A stretch of DNA of 64,000 bases from an uncultured virus (IMG/VR IMGVR_UViG_3300046170_000536) (IMGVR_UViG_3300046170_000536), one strand, 5' to 3'; shown: positions 23,033 to 32,798, counted from the first letter of the stretch. The notes: generated from the sequence alone by a model not told the origin. Program-made: numbers and translations.

Positions 23033-23066
23033 CCTATTGATTTTTATTTCTCTCCCTTCTCTTAAA

Positions 23067-23318
23067 ATGAGTCTTGCCGGGTCGAGGGCGTGGCCGGTCA
23101 TGCGGGTATTCTTAATCGGAATGTTCCTCGTGTTTGGGTACGCCGCCTACGCCAAGGGGGTCCAGAAGGGAACCAAGGAAGAGGGGAGCAACACGATCGG
23201 CACGGCCTTCTTCGCGATCGTCTTGATGGTGCTTCCAATACTTTATCTCGTGTACATCACCAGGAAGAGTGCGGCCAAGAATGGGAACGGGAACGGGAAT
23301 GCTAATAAGGCGCCCTGA
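23067..23318 (+). CDS. small two-TM membrane protein
   Basis: Hydrophobic helices VFLIGMFLVFGYAAY and AFFAIVLMVLPILYLVYI; aaaATG start. Confidence 0.6.
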   Translation: MSLAGSRAWPVMRVFLIGMFLVFGYAAYAKGVQKGTKEEGSNTIGTAFFAIVLMVLPILYLVYITRKSAAKNGNGNGNANKAP

Positions 23319-24192
23319 GCAGCCCTCGGTACTCCGCGTCGTCGTGGGCGTTACACGGATCGATGATGTCGTAGGGCTTGTGCAGCATCCACTCCTTCCT
23401 CAGGCGGTGGTTCTCCATCGCCTCGTTGTGGAAGGCGAACATGGAGCCGTTCATCAGCCGGCTCTTGTCGTTCTTCTCCTGTCTTAGCACCGGGAATATG
23501 AACACCATCTTCACGCTCCTCTTGGCCATGGTCGTGTCCCTGATGACCATGTTCTCGAGCCGAGAGGGCATGAGGACCGAGAGGGGCTCCTTGGGGTCGG
23601 CGTGCCTGTGGATCAGCCTGAGGGGCTCCGACAGCGCGCCGTGGATGATCTTGGTCCCCTCCGGCCCGTACTCGGCCGCCTCTGCCACCGTCGTCTCCGT
23701 CGGGAACTTCACGAAGGAGAGGCTCCCGAAGTCCTCGGCCATCATCGGGCACCTCTGCACGAGGTGCTCGGGGCCAAACACAACCAGGCACAGGGAAATC
23801 GGGAGTGTCCGCTTGTACCCAGCAAAGGCGACCCCAGACGTCATCAGAACAATCTTCCTGATGTGAGGGATTATTCTGAAGAAGAAGTGTGTGTGGAACC
23901 GACAAGGCACCAGGAAACAGCTGGCAGAGCGGTCCTGGACGGCGACCGCCTTGTCGAAGAACTTCTCCGTCTCGCAGAATGGAGGGTTCACAAAGTTGTA
24001 GCGCCCCCACTCGCGACCAGGGTCGAGGGCGTCCCACCCGGACTCCCGGTTCCATCCACGGGGACAAGGGTCGAAGAGCTCCTCCCCATCGGGCAGGAAC
24101 ATCCCCCGAATCTGCTTCAGCAGACCGCTCGGGGTGACGGCGCCCTGGTCATCGCTCGACTTGAAGAGGTCGGCGTACTGTGTCTCCGACAT
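23302..24192 (-). CDS. phage Dam-type DNA N6-adenine methyltransferase with C-terminal extension
   Basis: TP..FDPCP..DAL..WG..FVNPPF..FLVPCR. Confidence 0.75.
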   Translation of the reverse strand: MSETQYADLFKSSDDQGAVTPSGLLKQIRGMFLPDGEELFDPCPRGWNRESGWDALDPGREWGRYNFVNPPFCETEKFFDKAVAVQDRSASCFLVPCRFHTHFFFRIIPHIRKIVLMTSGVAFAGYKRTLPISLCLVVFGPEHLVQRCPMMAEDFGSLSFVKFPTETTVAEAAEYGPEGTKIIHGALSEPLRLIHRHADPKEPLSVLMPSRLENMVIRDTTMAKRSVKMVFIFPVLRQEKNDKSRLMNGSMFAFHNEAMENHRLRKEWMLHKPYDIIDPCNAHDDAEYRGLLRAPY

Positions 24193-24298
24193 GGAAGATT
24201 TCCCCCTCCCGCGTTTAAGCTATCCACTCCAGGTCCGCATGAAACGGGTGATGAAAAGAATTGGTATTATTCGGTGTAAAATAATTGCATGAGACCGG

Positions 24299-25069
24299 TC
24301 AGTCCTGCAGCACCTCTCCTCTATAAGTCGAGTAGTTCTGCAGCGCCTCCCTCACCCAGCGCTCCACCGGCACCCCCGGCCTTCTCCTCCCATGCTCGCT
24401 GCGAGCCAGCGATGCCACCTCCGCGTCCGTCTTCCCCTTGTTCACCTTGACAATTTCCACGCGGGGGGCCTTGGTGTACCTGAACGTGATGGGCACGCCG
24501 TACTTGGTGCGAGTCTCCCAGCGCAGGAACCGCTTCTTCACGAAGTCCCTGTCCGCTCGGAACTTGCCCGCCAGCGTCGGGAATCGGTTCTTGCTGTATA
24601 TCGACAGCACATTCAGGAGCCGGAAGAGCCAGAGGGGGGAATTCCCAGCCTCCACCACCCTCTTGAGGGACGCCTGGCGCTCCTTGGCGGACAGGGCGGT
24701 CCTGTACCCGTACTTGCCGATGCCCTCCTCCTTGGAAACACGGACCGTGATCTTCTTCGCGATGTCCTGGTCGTGGTCCAGCTCCTCGCTGGGGTCCTCC
24801 AGCTTGTCGAGGAAGGCGTACACCCTGGCGAATGCCCACTGCTCCTTGGACAGCCGCTTCGACAGTGGGGCCCTCGGGTCCTTCTTGAACGAGCCCTTCA
24901 GACGAACGGAGCGGGGGTTGGTCCGGTGCGCGCCCACCCCCCTGTCGTACACGTCCTGCAGGTTCTTTGCGGACACACCCGACCACAGGGAAATGTCCTT
25001 CAGGTCGAGCTGCGTCGAGGCCGGGAGCCCCCGGCGCCGCATGAACTTTTGCTTCCTGGTTTCTCCCAT
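24299..25069 (-). CDS. basic phycodnavirus-type protein (DUF5824-like plus DUF5771-like)
   Basis: VYDRGVGAHRT..QWAFARVYAF followed by KYGY..R..L..PLWLFRLLN.L..F.ADRDFVK. Confidence 0.55.
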   Translation of the reverse strand: MGETRKQKFMRRRGLPASTQLDLKDISLWSGVSAKNLQDVYDRGVGAHRTNPRSVRLKGSFKKDPRAPLSKRLSKEQWAFARVYAFLDKLEDPSEELDHDQDIAKKITVRVSKEEGIGKYGYRTALSAKERQASLKRVVEAGNSPLWLFRLLNVLSIYSKNRFPTLAGKFRADRDFVKKRFLRWETRTKYGVPITFRYTKAPRVEIVKVNKGKTDAEVASLARSEHGRRRPGVPVERWVREALQNYSTYRGEVLQD

Positions 25070-25092
25070 TACGATTCACCCGGATTTTTTTC

Positions 25093-25139
25093 ACACCTCT
25101 TGCCCACTGCCTCCAGTGTCCAAACCATGTTTTGCTGTA
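25093..25139. repeat. 47-bp orphan copy of the 3' end of the 2OG oxygenase gene
   Basis: Matches 25569..25615; encodes YSKTWFGHWRQWARG versus YSKTWFGHWRHWARG. Confidence 0.85.
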
Positions 25140-25171
25140 CTTGGAATTTTTTTCTATAACAAGAGTATCAA

Positions 25172-25420
25172 ATGAAGTACAACAAACTGACACCAGGAGC
25201 AAAACGGTACTATAATTATATGACAAAGAACGTCTCACAGAACAGACCGATGCGTTCTGGTGCGTTTGACCCAGTAGACCAGCTCATGGCAATTCAGCTG
25301 CTCGAGGCAGAAGAGAAGGCGAAGTATACCAAGATCCGAACAACATTACTCAGTGTGATGAAGAATCTTCCAGTAGACATGCGGAAGAAAATCGTACATA
25401 ACCTAAATAAGATGGCTTAA
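25172..25420 (+). CDS. small hypothetical protein with a C-terminal F-box-like motif
   Basis: 82 aa with AT-rich leader; KNLPVDMRKKI. Confidence 0.55.
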   Translation: MKYNKLTPGAKRYYNYMTKNVSQNRPMRSGAFDPVDQLMAIQLLEAEEKAKYTKIRTTLLSVMKNLPVDMRKKIVHNLNKMA

Positions 25421-25543
25421 ATGACGTTGATCACTCCTTTCTGGATGCGGTAGTGACACCCACGGAATGGAACAAGCAGAGATTGATCACTGTACAGGGG
25501 TTAGTCCGGAGAGGATGATGACACTTCCAAGATCCCGAACGTC

Positions 25544-26266
25544 TCACAGGCTCAGCAGCTTGTACGACACGCCTCTCGCCCAGTGCCTCCAGTGGCCAAA
25601 CCATGTTTTGCTGTAGTCATCGTACAGGGGTATCACTAAAACCACCCTGTTTTCTCCATGGGACTGCCGAGATATTGCATGCTTGGTGATGCATCCGTCG
25701 TACAGCACCCCCTTCCCAGTCTCTGTAAGGTGTACACGGACACCTCCCTTGCTGTCCTGGGTGAGGAAGTGGCTCGTGTTATCCGGAGAGGCGTAGATCG
25801 TAACCACCATGGTGTACCTGGAACCCTTGGTGAAATTGTTGTCAAAGTGCCACGTCAAGAAGTCTCCATCGGATTCATACATCCTGAAGAACCAGCAATA
25901 ACGTTCCTGTTCGCACGGCGGTCTGTCTACACACTGAGTTGCACACCCCAGGATGCTCGAGGCTTGCTCACTGAGTTTCTGTACCTGCTGGTCTATGAAG
26001 GCACAGAGACTTTCATCACTCTCGCGGTACAGGGAGCGAGTCCCCTTTTTGCCCTGAGATGCGGTCGCATTCGCAAGCCCATCCCCTTGCTCTCTGAGGA
26101 CTCGGGTGATGTCGTCAAGCCGTTCAGCCAGGGCGCCTACCACCGTATCATTCGCCACCTCAAACACCTCGGAGTCTTGGCTCGGCATGAGATATCCTTT
26201 CCATGCGTTCACAAGGAACGGGAGCAAAAACACTATGAGTACCACGAAGACTACATGAACCCGCAT
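25544..26266 (-). CDS. membrane-anchored 2OG-Fe(II) oxygenase (prolyl/lysyl-hydroxylase-like)
   Basis: N-terminal TM; Y..GDFLTWHFD (HxD), Y.G..KHAIS..RVVLVI. Confidence 0.75.
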   Translation of the reverse strand: MRVHVVFVVLIVFLLPFLVNAWKGYLMPSQDSEVFEVANDTVVGALAERLDDITRVLREQGDGLANATASQGKKGTRSLYRESDESLCAFIDQQVQKLSEQASSILGCATQCVDRPPCEQERYCWFFRMYESDGDFLTWHFDNNFTKGSRYTMVVTIYASPDNTSHFLTQDSKGGVRVHLTETGKGVLYDGCITKHAISRQSHGENRVVLVIPLYDDYSKTWFGHWRHWARGVSYKLLSL

Positions 26267-26296
26267 ATTGTAAGTTGACACAGAAATAATTGTTGA

Positions 26297-26449
26297 TTAT
26301 TCCAAGATCCCGAACATCCCGAACGTCTCAAGGCGCAGGGCATGGTACAGAGCCCTCTGGTAGGTGGCCCCGTACCCCGTCCCGCCATTCTTTATTCGTA
26401 CCCTTACCATGATCCCGGGGATCACGCTCCCGATGGAGTATGTTCTCAT
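26297..26449 (-). CDS. small 50-aa ORF absent from the ORF track
   Basis: ATG overlaps the NADAR stop (ATGA); reads MRTYSIGSVIPGIMVRVRIKNGGTGYGATYQRALYHALRLETFGMFGILE*. Confidence 0.4.
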   Translation of the reverse strand: MRTYSIGSVIPGIMVRVRIKNGGTGYGATYQRALYHALRLETFGMFGILE

Positions 26450-26934
26450 CTACACACGCGCGCTATAATTTCGCCCAGGCGGTTCTGTCCGATCCACACG
26501 TTGTCCTTAGACCAGCGCCCTCCCCAAAAGAGGCCGAAGCGGTCGTGGTGATAGAGCGTGTCGGCGCCGCGGGCAATTTCCACGAAGCGAGGGTCCACGC
26601 GGGCCCGGGCTTGGATGAGGCGCTCCATCACGTCAACGCAAGCCGAATGCCAGGCTGCCGCGTCCAGCACCAGCCCCGCGCGCGTCCACGCCGCTCTCAT
26701 CCCCGCGCGCTTGGCGAGCACGGCCGATATTGGGGACCTCAGCTCCTCCAGCTTTGACGAAGGGTCACCGCTGGAGAAGCCCACCTTGGCGGCTTGGAAG
26801 GCGTGCTCCACGCTTCGGAACGTGACGCCGCGGAGACAGACCACGGGGAAGTCGGCGTCCACCGTGATCGGGCAGCTCTGGAAGTTGGAGAGGTAGCGCG
26901 CGTCGGGGTCGGCTGCCCTCGACCAGAACAGCAT
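26446..26934 (-). CDS. NADAR (YbiA-like) family protein
   Basis: LSNF, SVEHAFQAAK, FWGG, GQNRLGEII. Confidence 0.85.
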   Translation of the reverse strand: MLFWSRAADPDARYLSNFQSCPITVDADFPVVCLRGVTFRSVEHAFQAAKVGFSSGDPSSKLEELRSPISAVLAKRAGMRAAWTRAGLVLDAAAWHSACVDVMERLIQARARVDPRFVEIARGADTLYHHDRFGLFWGGRWSKDNVWIGQNRLGEIIARVCR

Positions 26935-26956
26935 TTTTTTATGCGAATATCAATAT

Positions 26957-27862
26957 ATGAAGGGTAAGGGCAAGGCTAAGGTTGTGGAGGAGATTGTGAT
27001 AAGCGACAGCAACGAGAACTCTCCCCCCAGGAAGAAGGCTCGTAGCCAGTCGCCCGAAGTGATCATCCTGAACAACACAGACAGCAACATCTCGGGCGAC
27101 TTCCACGTGCACAGCACAAGCAACAGCAATGAGGGCTCGTCCAGGACGACATACGGCTGGGTGAAAGTGTACATCAAATCCTACCAGAGACAGAAGGTGA
27201 TGGAAATCGGGATGCCCAGCGACGAGAGCTTTGTCACCTATGGAGACGCGGGCAGGACCAGCGAGGAGTCATTCGTGATCCGGGCTCGCTTCGACGGTGA
27301 TGAGATGCAGAGCGTCAAGTTTGCGGCCAAGAACCCACCGGGCGTAGACAGGCTCTACAAGAGCGCCTTCCTGATTACACAGAATGTGACCAGAACCCGC
27401 AGGCCCGGTGTGGTGAACTACATGGGCGAGCTGTATGACGACGTCGTAGACCTGAAGCGCGTCGACAGTGGGCCCTCGGAGAAGTCCAAGTTTGCCGGCC
27501 GTTTCAGGAGAGCCTGCTTCCAGCGCATGATCCGCATGATGGGCCCGCGGCGGGTGAGGTACATCCCCAAGCCGGTGCACATGGCCATGCTCAGAGGCCA
27601 CCTGGAAGACTTTGTGAGGAATAATCCACAGTACGCGCACTACGCCCGGCCTTCGTCGCCCAGGTCCCCGACGAACTCGGGCAAGGCGCAGCAGTGTTTC
27701 TCCGAGTTTTGCCCAGAGGCGGAGGATTTCACACTTGATAACTGGAAGGCGTGCTACAGACGGCTGAGCCTGAAGATGCACCCCAACAGGGGAGGAAGCG
27801 CTGAGAGGATGTCCGAGCTCAACGACTGCAACGACACAATCAGGCAGTTCTTTGGACGTTAA
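26957..27862 (+). CDS. hypothetical protein with C-terminal J-domain-like module (HPN variant)
   Basis: WKACYRRLSLKMHPNRGGSAERMSELN; NLS-like PPRKKAR. Confidence 0.65.
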   Translation: MKGKGKAKVVEEIVISDSNENSPPRKKARSQSPEVIILNNTDSNISGDFHVHSTSNSNEGSSRTTYGWVKVYIKSYQRQKVMEIGMPSDESFVTYGDAGRTSEESFVIRARFDGDEMQSVKFAAKNPPGVDRLYKSAFLITQNVTRTRRPGVVNYMGELYDDVVDLKRVDSGPSEKSKFAGRFRRACFQRMIRMMGPRRVRYIPKPVHMAMLRGHLEDFVRNNPQYAHYARPSSPRSPTNSGKAQQCFSEFCPEAEDFTLDNWKACYRRLSLKMHPNRGGSAERMSELNDCNDTIRQFFGR

Positions 27863-28077
27863 TAATTCTCACGCCCCTGGAAGAATGGGTCCTGACCTGT
27901 GAATATGTCCCCCACCACCTCGCCGAGGCTCTCCGCGTCCTTCATCTGCATGTCCAGATCCCTCGGGAGGTAGCGGTACTCCACCCTGGGCTCCGTATCA
28001 CACGTGGGTGTCCCGTTCATCCTGGAGGCAAGCATCAGGAACACTCCAACCACAACCAGCATCGTCGAGACACGCAT
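27859..28077 (-). CDS. small NCLDV-type membrane protein
   Basis: N-terminal TM then RVEYRYLPRDLD. Confidence 0.6.
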   Translation of the reverse strand: MRVSTMLVVVGVFLMLASRMNGTPTCDTEPRVEYRYLPRDLDMQMKDAESLGEVVGDIFTGQDPFFQGRENY

Positions 28078-28100
28078 ATTAATTTCGCTGCACAAAAAAA

Positions 28101-29221
28101 ATGAAGCCCGGGGTGGCGCACGTCATGGTCAACAGCGCTCACCGAGACTCCGGCGACCAGTCGCACTACACCTACACGCTGTCCCCAGAGCAGTGGACCA
28201 GGAAGGTTGTCAACGTCCAGCTCATCGAGGCGGTGTTCCCCAAGACTCAGCAGGTTGTCAACGAATGGTCCAACATCCTGGAGTTCCGAGAGAGGGGGCG
28301 AGAGCTACCTGACCCAGACGGATCTCACCGTGGAGGACATGGAGACTACCAGGACTGTCGCCTTGCCTCATGGCAACTACGCGGCGGGCGACCTGATTCA
28401 TGTACTCAACGGGGGAATGCTTCCGCAGGAGGATGGAAGCCACGGATCCTTCCGGCTCCGATACAACTTCGAGGTGAACCACGTGACGGGGAAGATTACC
28501 ATCTCCACCACCCCGCCAGCTCCCTATGAGACACACGAGGAGGCGGTGGAGGCACTGGGGTTCACAAACACGGTGGAGTTCCTGTTTGGAAGCGGCGACC
28601 AGCGGGACAGGTCGCTCCACCACATCCTTGGCTTTGACCACGAGGACACGGGCCTCGGGCACTCTCATACGTCCCAGCGCCACATCAACCTGAGCAGCTC
28701 GCCGTTCGTGGACATTGCCCTTGGAGCAGATCCCCTCGAACGCCACCAAGATAACACAGAGACGTGACCCTTTCACCGAGGAGATGAAGCCTATCCGCGT
28801 GCTTGCCAGGGTTCCCCTCGAGGTGCCCAATTATCAGATCAAGTACTTCAAGCCGGAAGCCTTCGACCTGCTCAAGGATACCTTCTACGCCATGGCGATG
28901 CCAACGGTCACCGTGAGACTGTATGATCACCGGGGCAATCCTTACGAGGCAGCCGGGTTTGACCACTACCTGACGCTGGCATTCACTTACCTGGGCCCGG
29001 ACTTCTCGGGGAAGGACCACGGCCCAAGCCGACGGCCCGATGTCATCCTCCTGGACGACGAAGGCAACTCCGATGACGCCACCGACGACGCCCCCAGGGA
29101 GAAGGACGACGGTGGCATCGACCCCAAGATTGTGGCGTTGGTAGGGGCGGGTGGGATCGTGGCGGCTTATGTCATCTACAGGCAATTCAAACCGGCTGGC
29201 CCTCCTCCGTTGCCGTTTTGA
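28101..29221 (+). CDS. penton/minor capsid-like protein (DUF5901-like) with C-terminal TM; frameshifts near 28295 and 28720
   Basis: VNSAHRD..VVNVQLIEAVFP, LPHGNY, ILGF, LARVPL, VRLYDHRGNPY..DHYLTL across three ORFs. Confidence 0.65.
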
Positions 29222-29236
29222 TCTTTTTCCGATCAA

Positions 29237-30388
29237 TTATCGGTTGAGATTTTGGAGGAAATCGGCTGACGGGTATATGATTCTATTGGTGAATGGACCT
29301 CTAACCGGGTTTCTGGTTAAAAGTTCCCTCATAGCATTCTTGGTGACGCAGTGACCCGAAGGAAGCTGAATGGGTGTCTTGAAAGGACGACCAGTGTATT
29401 CGCTGGCATCGAGCTCCTCCCCGTTCGCTGAATAGATCTTTGCATTCTTGCACGTCACTCTAAAGCTGTGGTCCATATCTGGAATCAATGGCTGATTGGA
29501 CGCCCACGCTGAAAGGGAACCCGGAATATTCACGTTTTGATTGCTGCCAGGGTCTTTCATACGTTTGACGTTTCCTGTCTTCAGCTTCTCTCTCATCTGG
29601 TTCCTTGTCAGGCAGTGCCCCGATGGAAACCTGAAGACTCTCCCCGCAACATTACCCATACTTTTTTTGCAGTCCTTTGCGTTGGTCTCAAACAGATTGA
29701 CGGCAGCAGCATTGACAACATATGGATTCGTATTGATTGCACTCATATATGGCCACAAGTATTTGTAATACTTGCTCTCATCTCCGCCATATATATCGAG
29801 CCCAATTATCACTTCAGGAATATGCATTAATGGGACCAGGTACTTTTTGATGAGTGCCGGAGAGGCAATTCGGGAAAGAATGCCCGCGGCCACGGGGACA
29901 TGTTCAGTCTCATTGTCATCAATTTCTTCTTGTATGAATCGGGCGAGTTTACGTACATGCTTCTCTCTGAAAACCAATCTTTCATTTTCGATTCTGTTTA
30001 GGATTCTGTCAAAATTGACCTGATTCCCAGTCACAATTCCAGTTATAATCTCATTAAGAGGAGCATCAATTCGTTCCTCTCGTCGTGCCATGGTACGGAT
30101 TTTCATCTGAAGATCACGGGGCAGGTTGTTCCATGTTCCGGTACCCCCGAGATTTAGCTTGGGCTCCTTCGGCGAGGGTGAGGGGGCGGCGCGCATGGCC
30201 CTTTTATGATTTCTGAGAGCCGCCTTGGCCCTCGTCCAGATATCGTTATTTGACCTCGTGGGACCAGCATCCACCACCTCCTTCAGAGCCCTGGCGGCCT
30301 GGTCTCTCTCCCCCTTACGAGTGCTCTTCACCTTTCCGATAATTGCTTCAATTTGCTTCCTAAGCTTTGTAACTCGCGCCGCAGACAT
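29237..30388 (-). CDS. hypothetical protein with F-box-like and two U-box/RING-like motifs
   Basis: WNNLPRDLQMKI; PSGHCLT..DP; PIQLPSGHCVTK..GPFTNR. Confidence 0.6.
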   Translation of the reverse strand: MSAARVTKLRKQIEAIIGKVKSTRKGERDQAARALKEVVDAGPTRSNNDIWTRAKAALRNHKRAMRAAPSPSPKEPKLNLGGTGTWNNLPRDLQMKIRTMARREERIDAPLNEIITGIVTGNQVNFDRILNRIENERLVFREKHVRKLARFIQEEIDDNETEHVPVAAGILSRIASPALIKKYLVPLMHIPEVIIGLDIYGGDESKYYKYLWPYMSAINTNPYVVNAAAVNLFETNAKDCKKSMGNVAGRVFRFPSGHCLTRNQMREKLKTGNVKRMKDPGSNQNVNIPGSLSAWASNQPLIPDMDHSFRVTCKNAKIYSANGEELDASEYTGRPFKTPIQLPSGHCVTKNAMRELLTRNPVRGPFTNRIIYPSADFLQNLNR

Positions 30389-30400
30389 GGGTACCTTTGT

Positions 30401-30766
30401 CTAAGATTTTTTTTTATACCTGCACCGATAGAGCCTCAGATTTTGCCTTTTGTAAGCTTCTGTCACTGCTTGAGCCATTGTCATCCCCGAGTCCAACACC
30501 TGGAACATCTCGGATACCCTGAGCTCCCATTCTGGCTCGTTCTCCCACGGTTTTCTCCCCCCATAGGCTTGCCTGATGACGCTGTCGATCATCGGATGCC
30601 TTTCCTTCCCCGGGGGGTGTATCTTCAGGACTTCAATGGTCGCCTGCTCAAACGACCGGCTCCTGTTGGGCCATTGAAGAGATTTCAGAGGGTCTCTGAG
30701 CATGCGCACCTTGCGGCGGTCGCTGGCCGAGTCGAACATTTCCTCGCATACAGTCTTCAGGAACAT
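30401..30766 (-). CDS. hypothetical protein
   Basis: 121-aa ORF that tiles with its neighbours. Confidence 0.5.
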   Translation of the reverse strand: MFLKTVCEEMFDSASDRRKVRMLRDPLKSLQWPNRSRSFEQATIEVLKIHPPGKERHPMIDSVIRQAYGGRKPWENEPEWELRVSEMFQVLDSGMTMAQAVTEAYKRQNLRLYRCRYKKKS

Positions 30767-30826
30767 GATGCTCCTGTATCGGTGCTATTAAATCGGCGCT
30801 TGAAATAAAATGTCAGCTCATCTTAC

Positions 30827-31153
30827 ATGGGGGCATATAGCGAAGGGGAAATAAACGGCATAGGCTCGCCCACGACCAGGTATAAGAGTCCCAGGAACGA
30901 ATATGCTCATAATTATTACAGGGGTTTCCTCAAAGGCGTCAGGGCATCGATGACTCTGAGCCGTAACAAGGTGATCATCCTGTCTGCTCTGCAGGCGAAA
31001 ACAATCCTGGCGAAACCCGAAGGCCTGGCTCCGCATTACAACCAGATGTGGAAGAATACCTTTTACGCCTCGTACAGAAACCGGAAGCCTCCGCCGAGAC
31101 CGGGGCCGTCGGCCCCCGCTCTCACCGTGACGGGATTTAAAGGGACGCGCTGA
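30827..31153 (+). CDS. hypothetical basic protein
   Basis: 108-aa ORF whose stop abuts the next start (TGATG). Confidence 0.5.
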   Translation: MGAYSEGEINGIGSPTTRYKSPRNEYAHNYYRGFLKGVRASMTLSRNKVIILSALQAKTILAKPEGLAPHYNQMWKNTFYASYRNRKPPPRPGPSAPALTVTGFKGTR

Positions 31154-31557
31154 TGATGCCAATGGACTTTGACGCCGCCGAGGAATTCACCTTCGAGGGT
31201 CAGGAGCACGAGGCCAAGGTGCTGTCCGTCTATGACGGGGACACCATCACCGCGTCGTTCCCCTTTGGGGGGAAGATGTACAAGTGGAAGTGCCGCCTGG
31301 ACGGCGTGGACACCCCCGAGTTGCGGACGTCCAATGCGAAGGAGAAGGAGTTTGGGTACAGCGTTCGGGACAAGCTTCGCGAGAAGATACTGGGCAGCAT
31401 GGTCACTCTCAGGTGCGGGGACTTCGACAAGTACGGGCGGCTCCTGGTGAATATCGTCCACCAGGGTGAGGACGTCAATCGATGGCTCATTGACGAGGGT
31501 TACGCGTTTGCCTACGACGGAGGGACCAAGCAGGAGTGGTTCCCCGAATCAGCATAG
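31153..31557 (+). CDS. thermonuclease (SNase family)
   Basis: VYDGDT, RLDGVDTPE, DKYGRLL, LIDEGYA..YDGGTK. Confidence 0.92.
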   Translation: MMPMDFDAAEEFTFEGQEHEAKVLSVYDGDTITASFPFGGKMYKWKCRLDGVDTPELRTSNAKEKEFGYSVRDKLREKILGSMVTLRCGDFDKYGRLLVNIVHQGEDVNRWLIDEGYAFAYDGGTKQEWFPESA

Positions 31558-31621
31558 CTTGTCCAGGTTGAGGTCGCTCAGGTCGTCGGTATTGACCGTG
31601 GTGGTGGTCACGATATCTGTA

Positions 31622-32471
31622 TTATTTAAAATATAGAACGGAATAAACGGCATGGTACCCATTGGTTCCCCCAAAGGGCGAGAAGGGCTTCCTTGAGTCA
31701 AAGGTCCAGGGAAGTCACATACCCGCCACGGCCGTCGTGGAAGCCAATAGGCTTGTTTTGCACCCAGGGGTTGGTGCCTATGTTGACGAACTCCACGACC
31801 CTCCCCGACAGAGCTCCCGGATGTGTGCCATCGGGGTCGGCCACCACGGTGAAGCTGAGCGTTCCCAGGAGCACCGCCCTCCCCGTGATGCCCGAGGTGT
31901 CACCGCCCCCGGTGTGTCCCACCGCCACGATGGTCACGACCCCCTCCTCAGCATCGTGACCGACTACGGCGCTGTTGTGGAGGCTCGTTTGGGTGAAGCC
32001 GTTGTATGCGAGCGCGGCACTGTCGTATGTGCATTCCAGTTGATAGGTGGTGAGGGGGAATTGGACGTACGCCCTGACCGGTATATCCAGCGGGTATCCT
32101 ACCCACATGATGGATGGGATCCAGGTGTCGAACACGCACCATGGCACGAGCTCGCATCTGTATCCATTCCAGTCCTGCACAACCTTCCTGAAGTATCCCG
32201 TTTCGCTCTCGGCGTCTTGGCACTCCTCTATCACGCAATGGATCTCCTCCGGCGAGGGTCGGAGCTTGTACACGTAGCTGAGGGCGCGAGGGTCGTAGTG
32301 CGGGTCCCCGGGGACAGAGGCGCAGGCACTCCCGACTTGCGGAGGCGGAGCTTCGTCCGGTGGTTCGTCCGGTGGTTCGTCCGGTGGTTCGGTCGTAGGC
32401 TCTTCGGTCCGTTGCTGGAGCACCCAATACGCGAGTGATATGACCAGGATGAACAGTAGCAGGGCTTCCAT
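31622..32471 (-). CDS. secreted or membrane protein, possibly with a cohesin-like beta domain; probable frameshift near 31710
   Basis: N-terminal TM, PPDE repeats, beta-rich C-terminus; the shifted frame continues WTFDSRKPFSPFGGTNGYHAVYSVLYFK*. Confidence 0.55.
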
Positions 32472-32513
32472 TCCTTTGGTGTCCGTTTTTTTTCACGGGT
32501 ATATGTACCACGC

Positions 32514-32798
32514 ATGCGTACCACGAAGAGCGCGTTTCTGCCAGCGGACAAGGTTGTCATCTACCTGTCGGACTCTTGCCCGTTCAGCAGGAAGTTTGAG
32601 GCCAAAATGAAGGCTGGGGCCCTCCGTGGCCTCGCGAACGACATCCTCATTCACCGAGGTGGGAAGCACTCCAAGCTTCACGAGCACTATCCTCAGTGGT
32701 TCGTGGGCTCCAAGCTGAGTCGCACGAAGCGGCGCAAGACGGGCTCCGATATGGCTGAGCTGAAGGCCGTCCTCCCCGAAGTCGGAGGCGGCGGATGA
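32514..32798 (+). CDS. small protein, possibly thioredoxin/glutaredoxin-like
   Basis: VVIYLSDSCPFS (CxxS) and YPQWF. Confidence 0.4.
   Translation: MRTTKSAFLPADKVVIYLSDSCPFSRKFEAKMKAGALRGLANDILIHRGGKHSKLHEHYPQWFVGSKLSRTKRRKTGSDMAELKAVLPEVGGGG

Noticed and set aside
25421..25524. Intergenic stretch as an ncRNA/tRNA or a templated mosaic of the oxygenase gene
   Set aside because: No cloverleaf or strong stem seen; matches to the gene are only ~10 nt and could be chance.
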